A DNA stretch of 33,409 nucleotides from Caldilineae bacterium (GCA_011176555.1 DUEF01000001.1:8652-42060), one strand, 5' to 3'; shown: positions 24,296-33,063, numbered from the stretch's first letter. The notes: a model not told the origin generated them from the sequence alone. Numbers and translations: made by a program.

Positions 24296-25067
24296 TCGAT
24301 CAAACGACCAAGCGACCGCTCGACTGACCTGTGCGATCCTGGCGAAGAACGTCGCCGACCACATCGGCGATTGCGTTCGATCTTGCAGCTTTGCAGATGA
24401 CGTGGTCGTGTTCGACACAGCGAGCGCGGATAACACAGTGCAGATCGCCACCGCCGCCGGGGCGCGGGTGATCAATACGCCCTTCGTCAATTTTTCCCAG
24501 GCTCGCAATGTCGCGCTGCGCGCGTTGGACAGCGAATGGGTGCTTTTCGTCGATGCCGACGAACGCGTGACGCCCGAGCTGGCACAAGAGGTCGGGGAGG
24601 CCATCCAGCGGCCGGATGTGGATGGCTGGTGGGTTCCACGCTACAACCACATCGTGGGCCATGTCATGCGCGGGGGCGGCTGGTATCCTGACCACCAGTT
24701 ACGTCTGCTGCGCCGCGCCAAAGCGTATTACGACGAAGCGCGGGAGGTGCACGAAATAGCCATCATCGACGGCCCGGAAGGTCATCTCAGCGAGCACCTC
24801 ATCCACTACAACTACGACGACTGGGGTCAGTTTCACGCCAAACAGCGCCGCTACACCGCATACGAAGCCCAGACCCTACTCGGCGAGGGCGTGCGTGCGC
24901 ATCCCCGCCACCTGCTCACCCGACCCCTGCAAGCCTTCTGGCGACGCTTTGTCACCTGGAAAGGCTACCGCGACGGCCTTCACGGCCTGCGCCTGTGCGC
25001 GATCATGGCGAAGTACGAGTTTTTGAAGTATTGGTGGATGTTGAGGGACAGGCGCGACCCGTCGTAG
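24276..25067 (+). CDS. family 2 glycosyltransferase (short type)
   Basis: CAILAKNVADHI..., VVVFDTASADNT, FSQARNVAL and VLFVDADERV. The ATG at 24276 overlaps the previous gene by 20 nt. Confidence 0.75.
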   Translation: MPDHPTDRSNDQATARLTCAILAKNVADHIGDCVRSCSFADDVVVFDTASADNTVQIATAAGARVINTPFVNFSQARNVALRALDSEWVLFVDADERVTPELAQEVGEAIQRPDVDGWWVPRYNHIVGHVMRGGGWYPDHQLRLLRRAKAYYDEAREVHEIAIIDGPEGHLSEHLIHYNYDDWGQFHAKQRRYTAYEAQTLLGEGVRAHPRHLLTRPLQAFWRRFVTWKGYRDGLHGLRLCAIMAKYEFLKYWWMLRDRRDPS

Positions 25068-25083
25068 GGCCGGTCGGTCGTCC

Positions 25084-25554
25084 CTACCCGGAAACGCCGA
25101 GTCTGCGCAGTATTTCCGGGAAACCGCGGCGCACATAATCTTCGATAATCACCGCTGTTTTGTCGTATTCGGCCTGTTCCATGCCGTATGGGTCCTCGAC
25201 ATCGGCATGTTCCCCCGCCATCTCGCTGAGCAGAAAGGTCTTGCGCAACGCCTGGGGCCAATTCATGAAGATACTGCGGCGTTGGCTCTCTTCCATCACC
25301 AGGATCAGGTCGGCCTCGTCCATCAGGCGGAAATCCAGTTGTTTGCCCCTGTGTTCGGTGATGTCCAACCCACGTTCCGCCATGGCGTTCACCGAGCCCC
25401 GGCTGGCTCTGCCCCCGACCACCGCATAAACCCCGGCCGAATCTACTGACACCCGCTCGCTCAGCCCCGCCTGTTCCACTTCGCGTTGCAGCATTGCTTT
25501 TGCCATGGGGGTGCGGCAGATGTTTCCGGTGCAGACTACTAGAATGCGTTTCAT
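25084..25554 (-). CDS. low-molecular-weight protein tyrosine/arginine phosphatase
   Basis: Active-site loop VCTGNICRTPMA (CX5R) and the DP loop DVEDPYG. Confidence 0.88.
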   Translation of the reverse strand: MKRILVVCTGNICRTPMAKAMLQREVEQAGLSERVSVDSAGVYAVVGGRASRGSVNAMAERGLDITEHRGKQLDFRLMDEADLILVMEESQRRSIFMNWPQALRKTFLLSEMAGEHADVEDPYGMEQAEYDKTAVIIEDYVRRGFPEILRRLGVSG

Positions 25555-25602
25555 GATGGTTCCAGTGCAGATCGCTTGGAAGAGAAAGAAGATGGTCGGG
25601 GG

Positions 25603-25637
25603 TAAAAGCTAGCCCGTCGAGGTGTTTCGACGGGCTA
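25603..25637 (-). terminator. intrinsic terminator downstream of hpf
   Basis: 11-bp stem tagcccgtcga / tcgacgggcta with a 6-nt loop. On the minus strand it is followed by gcuuuuacc. Confidence 0.6.
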
Positions 25638-25671
25638 ATGCGTATGTTGTGTAGAGGATGCGCTCTCGGCC

Positions 25672-26232
25672 TCAGCCGATTTCGGGTTGCAGCAACCCGT
25701 AGTCATCTTCCCGTCGCCGATAGACGACATTGATGGTGCCAGTGTCAGCATTCAAGAAAACATAGAAATCATGTCCCAGGAGTTCCATCTGTTCGATGGC
25801 CTCTTCTGCATCCATTGGCTGGACTTCGAAGTGTTTCACCCGGGCGATACGGTTGCCGGCGGGTTCTTCTTCCTCTGTTGTTGCGGCCACGACTTCCTGT
25901 AAACTATTCACTTGGGCTACGGCTCGCTTGCTGTTGCGGGCAGTTTTACCCTTGAAACGGGCGATGCGCCGTTCAAGCTTATCGGAAACAGCATCGATGG
26001 AAGCGAACATATCGCCAGAGCGTTCTTCGGCCCGCAAAATGGTGCGACGGCTGCGTAAAGTCACCTGGGCGATGGCTCGATCGGAAGCGCTGCGAGTCTG
26101 CTCTTCGCGTAATTCGACTCTTGCTTCGTCGATGTCGGGTAAATATCTATCTAACCTGCCAATTTTCTTCTCGACATATTGCTCCAACCAGTCTGTCAGT
26201 TCTACGTTATGCGCCTGAATGATGAGCTTCAT
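25672..26232 (-). CDS. hpf: ribosome hibernation promoting factor, long form
   Basis: MKLIIQAHNVELTDWLEQYVEKKIGRLDRY... (S30AE/RaiA fold) plus a C-terminal dimerisation domain (KHFEVQPMDAEEAIEQMELLGHDFYVFLN). SD AAGGAGAAG before the ATG. Confidence 0.92.
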   Translation of the reverse strand: MKLIIQAHNVELTDWLEQYVEKKIGRLDRYLPDIDEARVELREEQTRSASDRAIAQVTLRSRRTILRAEERSGDMFASIDAVSDKLERRIARFKGKTARNSKRAVAQVNSLQEVVAATTEEEEPAGNRIARVKHFEVQPMDAEEAIEQMELLGHDFYVFLNADTGTINVVYRRREDDYGLLQPEIG

Positions 26233-26298
26233 AGGGCTTCTCCTTGCTGAGAATGAATTCCGGCGTGATTATGATGTGAGGCCGGGAGATGTGCAGGC

Positions 26299-26327
26299 CA
26301 TTCTACGACCTACAACCGGGTATGTCA
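26299..26327 (-). promoter_or_regulatory. hpf promoter TTGACA-17-TAGAAT
   Basis: The plus strand has tgtcaa at 26322-26327 and attcta at 26299-26304 with exactly 17 nt between them. This predicts a 5' UTR of about 60 nt. Confidence 0.6.
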
Positions 26328-26780
26328 ACCAACTTCCGGTCGCGATGAACTTCTGGCAGCGCGCAGCAACCAAGTTCCGAGGTCGTGTCGAAACGGTCTT
26401 GACCACCTGGCGCGCCAGCCAATCATCACTGCCCATTGTGTTGTTACCAAATCTTCAAGAAAATGAGGCATCGTCGCACTAGCTCCCAACGACAGTATAG
26501 CATGTTTTGGTTGATTTCTCAATAAGTGACAAGGAGTAGGGAGAGGTTTCAAATTTGGGCAAAGGGTAAAGGACAGCGTCCAGGCGAAACCGGAACGACA
26601 ACCATTCGCCGGGTTGTCAGCTAGCCCCGCCGAATCACGGATTCGTCTAGGCGCTGTCATGCGCTCTGCAGTGTGCCCCCCAAATTGAAGCACACTCCGA
26701 GGGGGTAACGGTTTGGAACTGCAGAACGACGTTGACACAACTTCAAACACAAAGGATACGCCACCCCAGCGCCGGCCGAT

Positions 26781-26809
26781 TTGACGTGACCCCACCCCTG
26801 TGCTATGCT
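26781..26809 (+). promoter_or_regulatory. promoter TTGACG-17-TATGCT for the aromatic-operon leader
   Basis: TTGACG at 26781-26786, a 17-nt spacer, and TATGCT at 26804-26809. Confidence 0.55.
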
Positions 26810-26912
26810 CCCGGCTATACAGTCTGACAATCACAGCACCATGCTCAGCCACCCTCGTCTTTCCGCCCCCTTATCTTCGGCCCACCAACTGGTGGAGACG
26901 ACTGGCCCGCGC

Positions 26913-27008
26913 ATGGTTGCCGCCTGGCGCGGGTTTTCTTTTGCCTTCTATTTCTATTTCTTTAGCTTTCGAAGGTCGCTCCGCCCCGGGCTGGTCAGAA
27001 CGATGTAA
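26913..27008 (+). CDS. leader peptide of a Phe/Tyr-sensing transcription attenuator (MVAAWRGFSFAFYFYFFSFRRSLRPGLVRTM)
   Basis: 31 codons. Codons 26934-26969 read F S F A F Y F Y F F S F, which is 7 Phe and 2 Tyr in 12 codons, with a Trp codon just upstream. The stop at 27006-27008 lies 25 nt before an intrinsic terminator. The Phe-branch biosynthetic operon is downstream. An in-frame ATG at 26841 is an alternative start. Confidence 0.65.
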   Translation: MVAAWRGFSFAFYFYFFSFRRSLRPGLVRTM

Positions 27009-27032
27009 ACATCTAACACTGACATCTCATCC

Positions 27033-27067
27033 GAGCGTGGAGCGACCAGCCCCACGCTCTTTTTATT
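27033..27067 (+). terminator. attenuator intrinsic terminator
   Basis: 8-bp stem gagcgtgg (27033-27040) / ccacgctc (27052-27059) with an 11-nt loop, followed by tttttatt (27060-27067). Confidence 0.7.
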
Positions 27068-27242
27068 GTCCGAATCAGGTTATGCTGATCTGGACGCCGG
27101 CTTAGAACAGCGTGGACGTTCCCTCGCTTCACCATCAACCAACACAGGAGCGTGTCCCATGTTGCAAGCCGGTCTCTGGTACTCAGCCCCCATCACCGCC
27201 CCCATCTGGGCGGTGACGCACCCACCCAAGGAGCAAGCTGTG

Positions 27243-27689
27243 ATGGTTTGTCGAGGCGTGCGCGGCGCCACCACCGTAACAAACAACTCACGCGAGGAAA
27301 TCCTCAGCGAAACCCGTCGACTGCTGGCCTTGATGATCCGAATTAACGGCATCGAGCCGGACGATGTCGCCAGCGCCATCTTCACCACCACGCGCGACAT
27401 CAATGCCGAATATCCCGCCCTGGCCGCGCGCCAGCTTGGCTGGCTGGATGCGGCCTTGTTGTGCGGGCACGAGATGGAAGTGCCGCGAGGATTGTCGATG
27501 TGCATCCGCATTTTGGTGCACTGGAACACCACCAAAACCCCGCGGGACATCCAACACGTCTACCTCGGCGAGGCCCAGGTTTTGCGGCCAGACAAAGCGA
27601 ATTTGCCGTCGGTCGATGAGGCGGAACTGACAGCGTGGATCGAGCAACAGGTGATGATCTGGAACCGCAATCAGGGAGGGGCCTCATGA
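27243..27689 (+). CDS. aroH: AroH-type (trimeric) chorismate mutase
   Basis: [12 protein letters not shown]...SREEIL..., [13 protein letters not shown]..., [10 protein letters not shown]..., [15 protein letters not shown] aligns in my memory with Bacillus AroH. AAGGAG lies 9 nt before ATG 27243. An in-frame ATG at 27159 also has AGGAG 8 nt upstream. Confidence 0.8.
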   Translation: MVCRGVRGATTVTNNSREEILSETRRLLALMIRINGIEPDDVASAIFTTTRDINAEYPALAARQLGWLDAALLCGHEMEVPRGLSMCIRILVHWNTTKTPRDIQHVYLGEAQVLRPDKANLPSVDEAELTAWIEQQVMIWNRNQGGAS

Positions 27690-28555
27690 GTCAAACAACA
27701 ATCGTCGCCTTTCAGGGCGAGCATGGCGCTTACAGTGAAGAAGCGATCCACCAATTCTTCGGGGCGGAAGTGCAAACGCTACCCTGCCGCGCATTCGAGG
27801 ACATCTTCGCCGCGGTTGAGGCTGGTCGGGCTACACACGGCGCGGTGCCGGTGGAAAACTCACGGGCGGGCTCCATCAACAAAGCCTACGACCTCTTGCT
27901 CGAACACGATCTGAAGGTATGGGGCGAGATCTTGCTGCGCGTGCGGCATCATTTGATGACGATGCCAGGCGTCACGCTCGACGACATCATCAGCGTGCGC
28001 TCACATCCGCAAGCCCTGGCCCAGTGTGAACGCTACCTCAACCGTCAAGGCTGGCAGGCTGAAACCGCTTACGACACAGCCGGCAGCGCCAAACAGTTGG
28101 CCGCCGCACCCGAGCCCGGCATCGCCGTCATCGCCAGTCGCCTTGCCGCTGAAATCTATGGCCTGGATGTGCTCGCCTCCGGCATCGAAGACATAGCCTT
28201 CAACTACACCCGCTTTTTCGTTGTCCAGCCTGGCGATCCACCCCGTACAGGGGATGCCAAAACATCGCTGGTGTTCGCCACTTCGCACAGCCCCGGCGCG
28301 CTGGTGGCCTGCCTGAACGAATTCGCCTCGCGCGGCATCAATCTCACCAAGCTGGAAAGCCGCCCTCGTCGCGGGCGACTCTGGCATTATGTCTTCTATC
28401 TTGATTTCGAAGGCCACTGGCAAGACCCAGCGCCACGCGAAGCGTTGGTGGCGTTGCTGGGCCGGGCGACCTTCGTCAAACTCCTCGGTTCGTACCCTGC
28501 CGCCCCGATCCCCGAAGTGAACGGCGTCGCCCAGGCAGCACTGCTACAAATCTGA
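27686..28555 (+). CDS. pheA: prephenate dehydratase with a C-terminal ACT domain
   Basis: [38 protein letters not shown], and ACT region [39 protein letters not shown] overlap with the chorismate mutase stop. Confidence 0.9.
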   Translation: MSQTTIVAFQGEHGAYSEEAIHQFFGAEVQTLPCRAFEDIFAAVEAGRATHGAVPVENSRAGSINKAYDLLLEHDLKVWGEILLRVRHHLMTMPGVTLDDIISVRSHPQALAQCERYLNRQGWQAETAYDTAGSAKQLAAAPEPGIAVIASRLAAEIYGLDVLASGIEDIAFNYTRFFVVQPGDPPRTGDAKTSLVFATSHSPGALVACLNEFASRGINLTKLESRPRRGRLWHYVFYLDFEGHWQDPAPREALVALLGRATFVKLLGSYPAAPIPEVNGVAQAALLQI

Positions 28556-28573
28556 TAAACAAGGACTCACCCT

Positions 28574-29623
28574 ATGATCATCGTCATGAAAGTCAATTCC
28601 ACGGCAGCCGAAATCGGCGCCGTGATCGCCAGGGTGCAGGAAGCTGGCGCTGTTCCCCATCCCATTTACGGCGTTGAACGCACCGTGGTGGCCGTGGTGG
28701 GCGAAACCCGGGCCGTAGACCCCAAAACCTTCGTGCAGATGCCCGGCGTCGAGAAAATCACCAGCATCAGCGCCCCCTTCAAACTCGCCAGCCGCGAATC
28801 CCATCCCGATGACACCGTCATCCGTCTCAATGGCGTGCAGATCGGCGGCAAAGAACTGGTGGTGATGGCCGGCCCTTGCTCGGTGGAGAGTCGCAGCCAA
28901 TTGTTGGAAACCGCACACGCCGTCAAAGAAGCCGGGGCCCACATCCTGCGCGGGGGGGCGTTCAAACCGCGCTCATCACCCTATTCGTTCCAGGGCATGG
29001 GGCTCAAGGGGCTGGAAATCCTGGCCGAAGCTCGCGAAACCTACGGCTTGCACATCATTACCGAAGTGATGACGCCGCAAGCGGTGCCGATGGTGGCCGA
29101 ATATGCCGACATCCTGCAAATCGGGGCGCGCAACACACAAAATTACGGTCTGTTGCACGCGGTGGGCCGGGTGCAGCGCCCGGTGATGCTCAAACGCGGG
29201 ATGATGAGCAGCATGGAGGAGTTGTTGATGTCGGCCGAATACATCCTGGCTGGCGGCAACTACCGGGTCATACTCTGCGAACGCGGCATCCGCACATTCG
29301 AGAAGTACACTCGTAACACCTTCGATCTCAATGCCGTGCCGCTGCTCAAGCAACTCAGCCACCTCCCCGTGATCGCAGATCCCAGTCACGGCACAGGCCG
29401 TTGGGATATCGTCACCGCCATGGCCAGAGCGGGCGTGGCGGCCGGTGCAGACGGTCTCATGATCGAGGTGCACCCGAACCCGGCCGAAGCGCTGTCCGAC
29501 GGCCCGCAGTCGCTCAAACCCCGGCGTTTCGCCGATCTCATGCGACAGATCAAGCGCGTAGCCGAAGCTGTTGACCGCAGCCTCAGCACTGTGCCGGATG
29601 TCGCACCGGAGATGGTTCCTTAG
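28574..29623 (+). CDS. 3-deoxy-7-phosphoheptulonate (DAHP) synthase, type I-beta with an N-terminal ferredoxin-like regulatory domain
   Basis: N-terminus [25 protein letters not shown]... (regulatory domain as in Thermotoga-type enzymes). Then [37 protein letters not shown], and DPSHG. Confidence 0.9.
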   Translation: MIIVMKVNSTAAEIGAVIARVQEAGAVPHPIYGVERTVVAVVGETRAVDPKTFVQMPGVEKITSISAPFKLASRESHPDDTVIRLNGVQIGGKELVVMAGPCSVESRSQLLETAHAVKEAGAHILRGGAFKPRSSPYSFQGMGLKGLEILAEARETYGLHIITEVMTPQAVPMVAEYADILQIGARNTQNYGLLHAVGRVQRPVMLKRGMMSSMEELLMSAEYILAGGNYRVILCERGIRTFEKYTRNTFDLNAVPLLKQLSHLPVIADPSHGTGRWDIVTAMARAGVAAGADGLMIEVHPNPAEALSDGPQSLKPRRFADLMRQIKRVAEAVDRSLSTVPDVAPEMVP

Positions 29624-30219
29624 CGTACGCCGCGCGCAAACTGTAATTGAATGCGACGATCGCCGTGCGTCTCTTCACTGAAACCGTTGAAAACGAATCC
29701 TCTATTCAGGTAAAAGGCGCTGGCAGGATGATTTTTCGTACTGAGGCTGATCACCAAGCTGCGTAACTTGTGATCGCGCGCCCACTTCAAAGCGTGGTTG
29801 AGCAGCATTGTGCCGATACCCTGCCCCCGAAATTCTGGCTCCACCACGTGACGATGAATGAACCCCACTTTCGTTGGCGTATCGGGAATCATGTGCAAAA
29901 AACCGACAACCGTGTGTTTCCTGCGCGCGGATAACAGGCAATCGCCGCGCTGCCAGCACCTAAGCAAGTTTTCGCTGCCAGGGGGGACCCGGATGTTCAC
30001 GAGACGCGGCAAGTGCACCAGATTGAAATCAATCAGGATGCGATTGTCCTTCACATCCAAGTTCATCTGCCAGACGCGTTGCGTATCGTAACTGGCGTCT
30101 AACGTCAGACATTCGTTCAAGTCGTGTAACGTCGAGCGCCGGATGTATATTTCCTGGGGAGCGGAGGGGGCGTCTGATTGCCTAGATGGATGTGCGAAAT
30201 CGATTGCGTCGGAAGTCAT
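29620..30219 (-). CDS. GNAT-family N-acetyltransferase
   Basis: [25 protein letters not shown] is the acetyl-CoA binding motif A (Q/RxxGxG/A). Its stop overlaps the DAHP synthase stop region. Confidence 0.75.
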   Translation of the reverse strand: MTSDAIDFAHPSRQSDAPSAPQEIYIRRSTLHDLNECLTLDASYDTQRVWQMNLDVKDNRILIDFNLVHLPRLVNIRVPPGSENLLRCWQRGDCLLSARRKHTVVGFLHMIPDTPTKVGFIHRHVVEPEFRGQGIGTMLLNHALKWARDHKLRSLVISLSTKNHPASAFYLNRGFVFNGFSEETHGDRRIQLQFARGVR

Positions 30220-30228
30220 AATGCCAAT

Positions 30229-31503
30229 CTATTGGGGACGAGCGTATTCGGCGAGGCCAGCGCCGACGGCATCGCCATTGCGCAGGACGTAGGTGGGGAT
30301 GCGGCTCGCCCACAACTCGCTCACGGTTTTTTCGTAACGAGGGGCGGGACCGAAAGTGTCGGCGGCGATGAGGATGGCCGTGCTCTGGACGCCCCGGCGT
30401 CCCAACTCTCGCAATGCCGCCACCCAGGCGCTATCGGCCGAAGGGGTGATGGCGATGACGGTGCTAGCCCGGTTGAGATAGCTGCCTTCGGCAATGAGCA
30501 CGCGGTCGAAGGGGAGGACGCCGTTCGGTTCGAGCACCGCCAGCGTTTCCAGGATTTTGTGCAATTGGCGTTCGCCGCCGTCGGCCTGGATGATTTCGCG
30601 GTGGGTGGTGTAGGTGATCAACCCCACCGCCCGACGTTCGGCCAAGTAGCGACGAGCCAACGACGCGGCGGCGGTGACAGCGTATTCGATGGTGGCCGGA
30701 ATCAAACCGATCTCTTTCGGACTCTGGTCCCAGAGAATGGCCGGTTGTTCGATGTAATCGGGAGGCTGCCACGGTTGGGCGTGGTGCCAGGTCGGGTTCA
30801 GATCCAACACGAGCCAGACATCGCTGGTGGGATCTAACTCGAATTCTTTGACGATGAGGCGTCCGGTGCGGGCCGTGGAGCGCCAATGGATGCGATTAAA
30901 ACTGTCACCTGGCACATAGTCGCGTACGGTGGCGACGTTGGCCGTGAGGTAGTGGGTGCGGTGGCGCGTGGCTTCCCCACCTGGAACCCGACCTGCAGGC
31001 AGTTGAAAGCCATTGACCGCTTCGGTGGCGGGGTAAACAAGGATGGTGGTGGTCTGAGGCAAGGTGCGCGTCAGCTCGAATATCCCCAGAGGGTCGCCGC
31101 TGCGAATGAGTAGCGGGCCAAGTTGATAGCGTCCTCGTCGATAACACGGGGTTCGCACAAGCCACGAATGCTTCCTGTGTCCCCCCAGCGAACTGACCAC
31201 GCGCGAGGGATGATGCCCTGGTAGCGAAGAGAAATCTCGTATCTCCAGCCACAATTTGGGTAGACGACTGCGGTTCGAGACTTCGAAATGCTCTTCGGCA
31301 AGCTTACCCACCTGGCTCCGGCGGGCGCGCGTGTAGCGCGACAGGCTGATCCAATTGATGTTCAGCCATGCCCACAACCATGATCCCGCCAAAACGATGG
31401 TGATCATGTAAAAGGTGTTGTAGAGCAAATCCCGCCCTGTGTTTAGGGCTGCGATCAGGCTGATAAGCCAAACAAGTAAGGCGATCCAGGCGGTGCGTCG
31501 CAC
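30229..31503 (-). CDS. DUF58 protein (MoxR-associated), with N-terminal TM helices
   Basis: VRDYVPGDSFNRIHWRSTARTGRLIVKEFE is the DUF58 signature. It lies directly downstream of a MoxR ATPase. GTG start at 31503. Confidence 0.8.
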   Translation of the reverse strand: MRRTAWIALLVWLISLIAALNTGRDLLYNTFYMITIVLAGSWLWAWLNINWISLSRYTRARRSQVGKLAEEHFEVSNRSRLPKLWLEIRDFSSLPGHHPSRVVSSLGGHRKHSWLVRTPCYRRGRYQLGPLLIRSGDPLGIFELTRTLPQTTTILVYPATEAVNGFQLPAGRVPGGEATRHRTHYLTANVATVRDYVPGDSFNRIHWRSTARTGRLIVKEFELDPTSDVWLVLDLNPTWHHAQPWQPPDYIEQPAILWDQSPKEIGLIPATIEYAVTAAASLARRYLAERRAVGLITYTTHREIIQADGGERQLHKILETLAVLEPNGVLPFDRVLIAEGSYLNRASTVIAITPSADSAWVAALRELGRRGVQSTAILIAADTFGPAPRYEKTVSELWASRIPTYVLRNGDAVGAGLAEYARPQ

Positions 31504-31536
31504 GATAAGACTTCGCTGAGAGTGGTCGATCTCCGT

Positions 31537-32508
31537 TTATTGCGCCGAGGATCGCTGCGCGCGTGTTCCCGGCACCGCTACGGTGTTCACGATTTCCTTG
31601 ACCACGGTTGCAGGATCGACGCTTTTGATGCGGGCGGAAGGACTGATAATGAGGCGGTGAGCGAGGGTGGGAACCGCCAGGCGTTTGACATCGTCAGGCA
31701 ACACGTAGTCTCGCCCCTGGCTGGCGGCGTATGCTCGTGAAGTCTTGAATAACGCCAGCGATCCGCGTGGGCTGGCTCCCAAATAGACGTCACTATGGTC
31801 GCGCGTGGCGGATGTCAGCGAAACGATGTACGATTTCACTTGCTCATCCATGTAGATGGTCTTTACCGCTTCTTGCGCGTTGGTCAGTTCCTCGGCTGAG
31901 ACGACCTGCGAGATGTCGTCGATGGGATGATGATCGATCTGAGAATCGAGAATAGCGATTTCGTGCGATTTGTCCGGGTAGCCCAGATGCGTGCGCATGA
32001 TGAAACGGTCGACCTGCGCCTCTGGCAGAGGAAAAGTGCCCTCGTATTCGATGGGGTTTTGGGTGGCAAGCACTAAAAAGGGGCGAGACATGGCGTACGT
32101 CATGCCATCGACCGTAACTTGTCGTTCCTCCATCGCTTCCAACAGGGCCGCCTGGGTTTTGGGCGTGGCCCGATTGATTTCGTCGGCCAGGACGATCTGG
32201 GCGAAAATGGGGCCTGGTCGGAACTGGAATTCCTGCGTCTTCTGGTTGTACACCGACACCCCAGTGACATCGCTCGGCAGCATATCGGGCGTGAACTGGA
32301 TACGACTGAAATCGCAGCCGATAGAGCGGGCGATAGAACGGGCCAGCATGGTTTTGCCCAAGCCCGGCACATCTTCGATCAAAAGATGTCCTTCACATAG
32401 CAAGGCGATCAGGGTTTGTTGGATGACCTGACGCTTGCCAAGGATGACGTTTTCGACATTGGTTGTTATGCGTTCGATCAGGTTCTGGACGATGCGTGGC
32501 GCTGACAT
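31537..32508 (-). CDS. MoxR-family AAA+ ATPase
   Basis: [57 protein letters not shown], and [22 protein letters not shown]. The ATG at 32508 is preceded by GGAG; the ORF track GTG at 32559 is an alternative. Confidence 0.9.
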   Translation of the reverse strand: MSAPRIVQNLIERITTNVENVILGKRQVIQQTLIALLCEGHLLIEDVPGLGKTMLARSIARSIGCDFSRIQFTPDMLPSDVTGVSVYNQKTQEFQFRPGPIFAQIVLADEINRATPKTQAALLEAMEERQVTVDGMTYAMSRPFLVLATQNPIEYEGTFPLPEAQVDRFIMRTHLGYPDKSHEIAILDSQIDHHPIDDISQVVSAEELTNAQEAVKTIYMDEQVKSYIVSLTSATRDHSDVYLGASPRGSLALFKTSRAYAASQGRDYVLPDDVKRLAVPTLAHRLIISPSARIKSVDPATVVKEIVNTVAVPGTRAQRSSAQ

Positions 32509-32784
32509 AAGCACTCCAATTGATGTAGGTGTCGTTTTGGGTGTGGGGGATTGTACCACAGGAGGCAGGGGAAGTCATGGAAGCCCACGGCGGCGCGAGG
32601 CGTTTTGGCTGAGCGATGGCGTTACCAATATAGCTGTTCTCTCCCTTCAGCCTTCTCTGCTTCAGAGAAAGGTTTTAATATCCCTTCCGTCGACGGGCGA
32701 GAAGCGCTCGATGCCGCACCACAGTGACACAAGTTGGTGCAAAATGCCGGCGGACGCCCACCGTTTGCGGATGCGGAGCAAATG

Positions 32785-32813
32785 TTGACAAATAACTTAA
32801 ACTCGGTATAATA
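32785..32813 (+). promoter_or_regulatory. consensus sigma-70-type promoter TTGACA-17-TATAAT for the tRNA pair
   Basis: TTGACA at 32785-32790, a 17-nt spacer, and TATAAT at 32808-32813. The first tRNA starts 12 nt later. Confidence 0.75.
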
Positions 32814-32824
32814 ATTTTTGCTAC

Positions 32825-32896
<72 letters not shown>

Positions 32897-32941
32897 CTAA
32901 ACTGAGGGCCCTGGCCTTAAAAAACCAGGGCCTTCCATCAT

Positions 32942-33017
32942 GGCGACGTAGCTCAGGAGGCAGAGCAAGCGGCTCATAATCGCTGTGTCGGTGGTTCAAG
33001 TCCACCCGTCGCCACCA
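32942..33017 (+). tRNA. elongator-type tRNA with CAU anticodon (tRNA-Met, or tRNA-Ile2 if lysidinylated), CCA encoded
   Basis: GGCGACG acceptor stem, D-stem GCUC/GAGC (C11:G24, elongator type), anticodon arm AGCGG-CUCAUAA-UCGCU, T-arm GGUGG-UUCAAGU-CCACC, CGUCGCC, then A and CCA. Confidence 0.88.
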
Positions 33018-33026
33018 CATTTTTCT

Positions 33027-33063
33027 AACGCCCGTGGCTAGGATGCCGCCGGGCGTTTTTGTT
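33027..33063 (+). terminator. intrinsic terminator after the tRNA pair
   Basis: Stem aacgcccg / cgggcgtt with an internal ggc/gcc helix, followed by tttttgtt. Confidence 0.75.

Noticed and set aside
22026-24604. Long minus-strand ORFs 22026-23231 (401 aa) and 23369-24604 (411 aa)
   Set aside because: They are shadow ORFs antisense to the lipoprotein and GT2 genes. The translations are low-complexity (G/A/V/R/D-rich) without motifs.
25068-25083. Small hairpin taggg...cccta between the convergent GT2 and LMW-PTP genes as a bidirectional terminator
   Set aside because: The stem is only 5 bp with a 12-nt loop and no U-tracts, which is too weak to call.
26325-26852. 175-aa minus-strand ORF and 87-aa plus-strand ORF (26219-26482) in the hpf-aro spacer
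   Set aside because: The translations are implausible (Arg/Ser/Gly/Trp-rich with no hydrophobic periodicity). They run across the two mapped promoters. The region is better treated as non-coding.
26800-27160. T-box riboswitch as regulator of the aromatic operon
   Set aside because: I found no T-box consensus (AGGGUGGnACCGCG-like) and no specifier-loop architecture. The leader-peptide and terminator arrangement explains the region.
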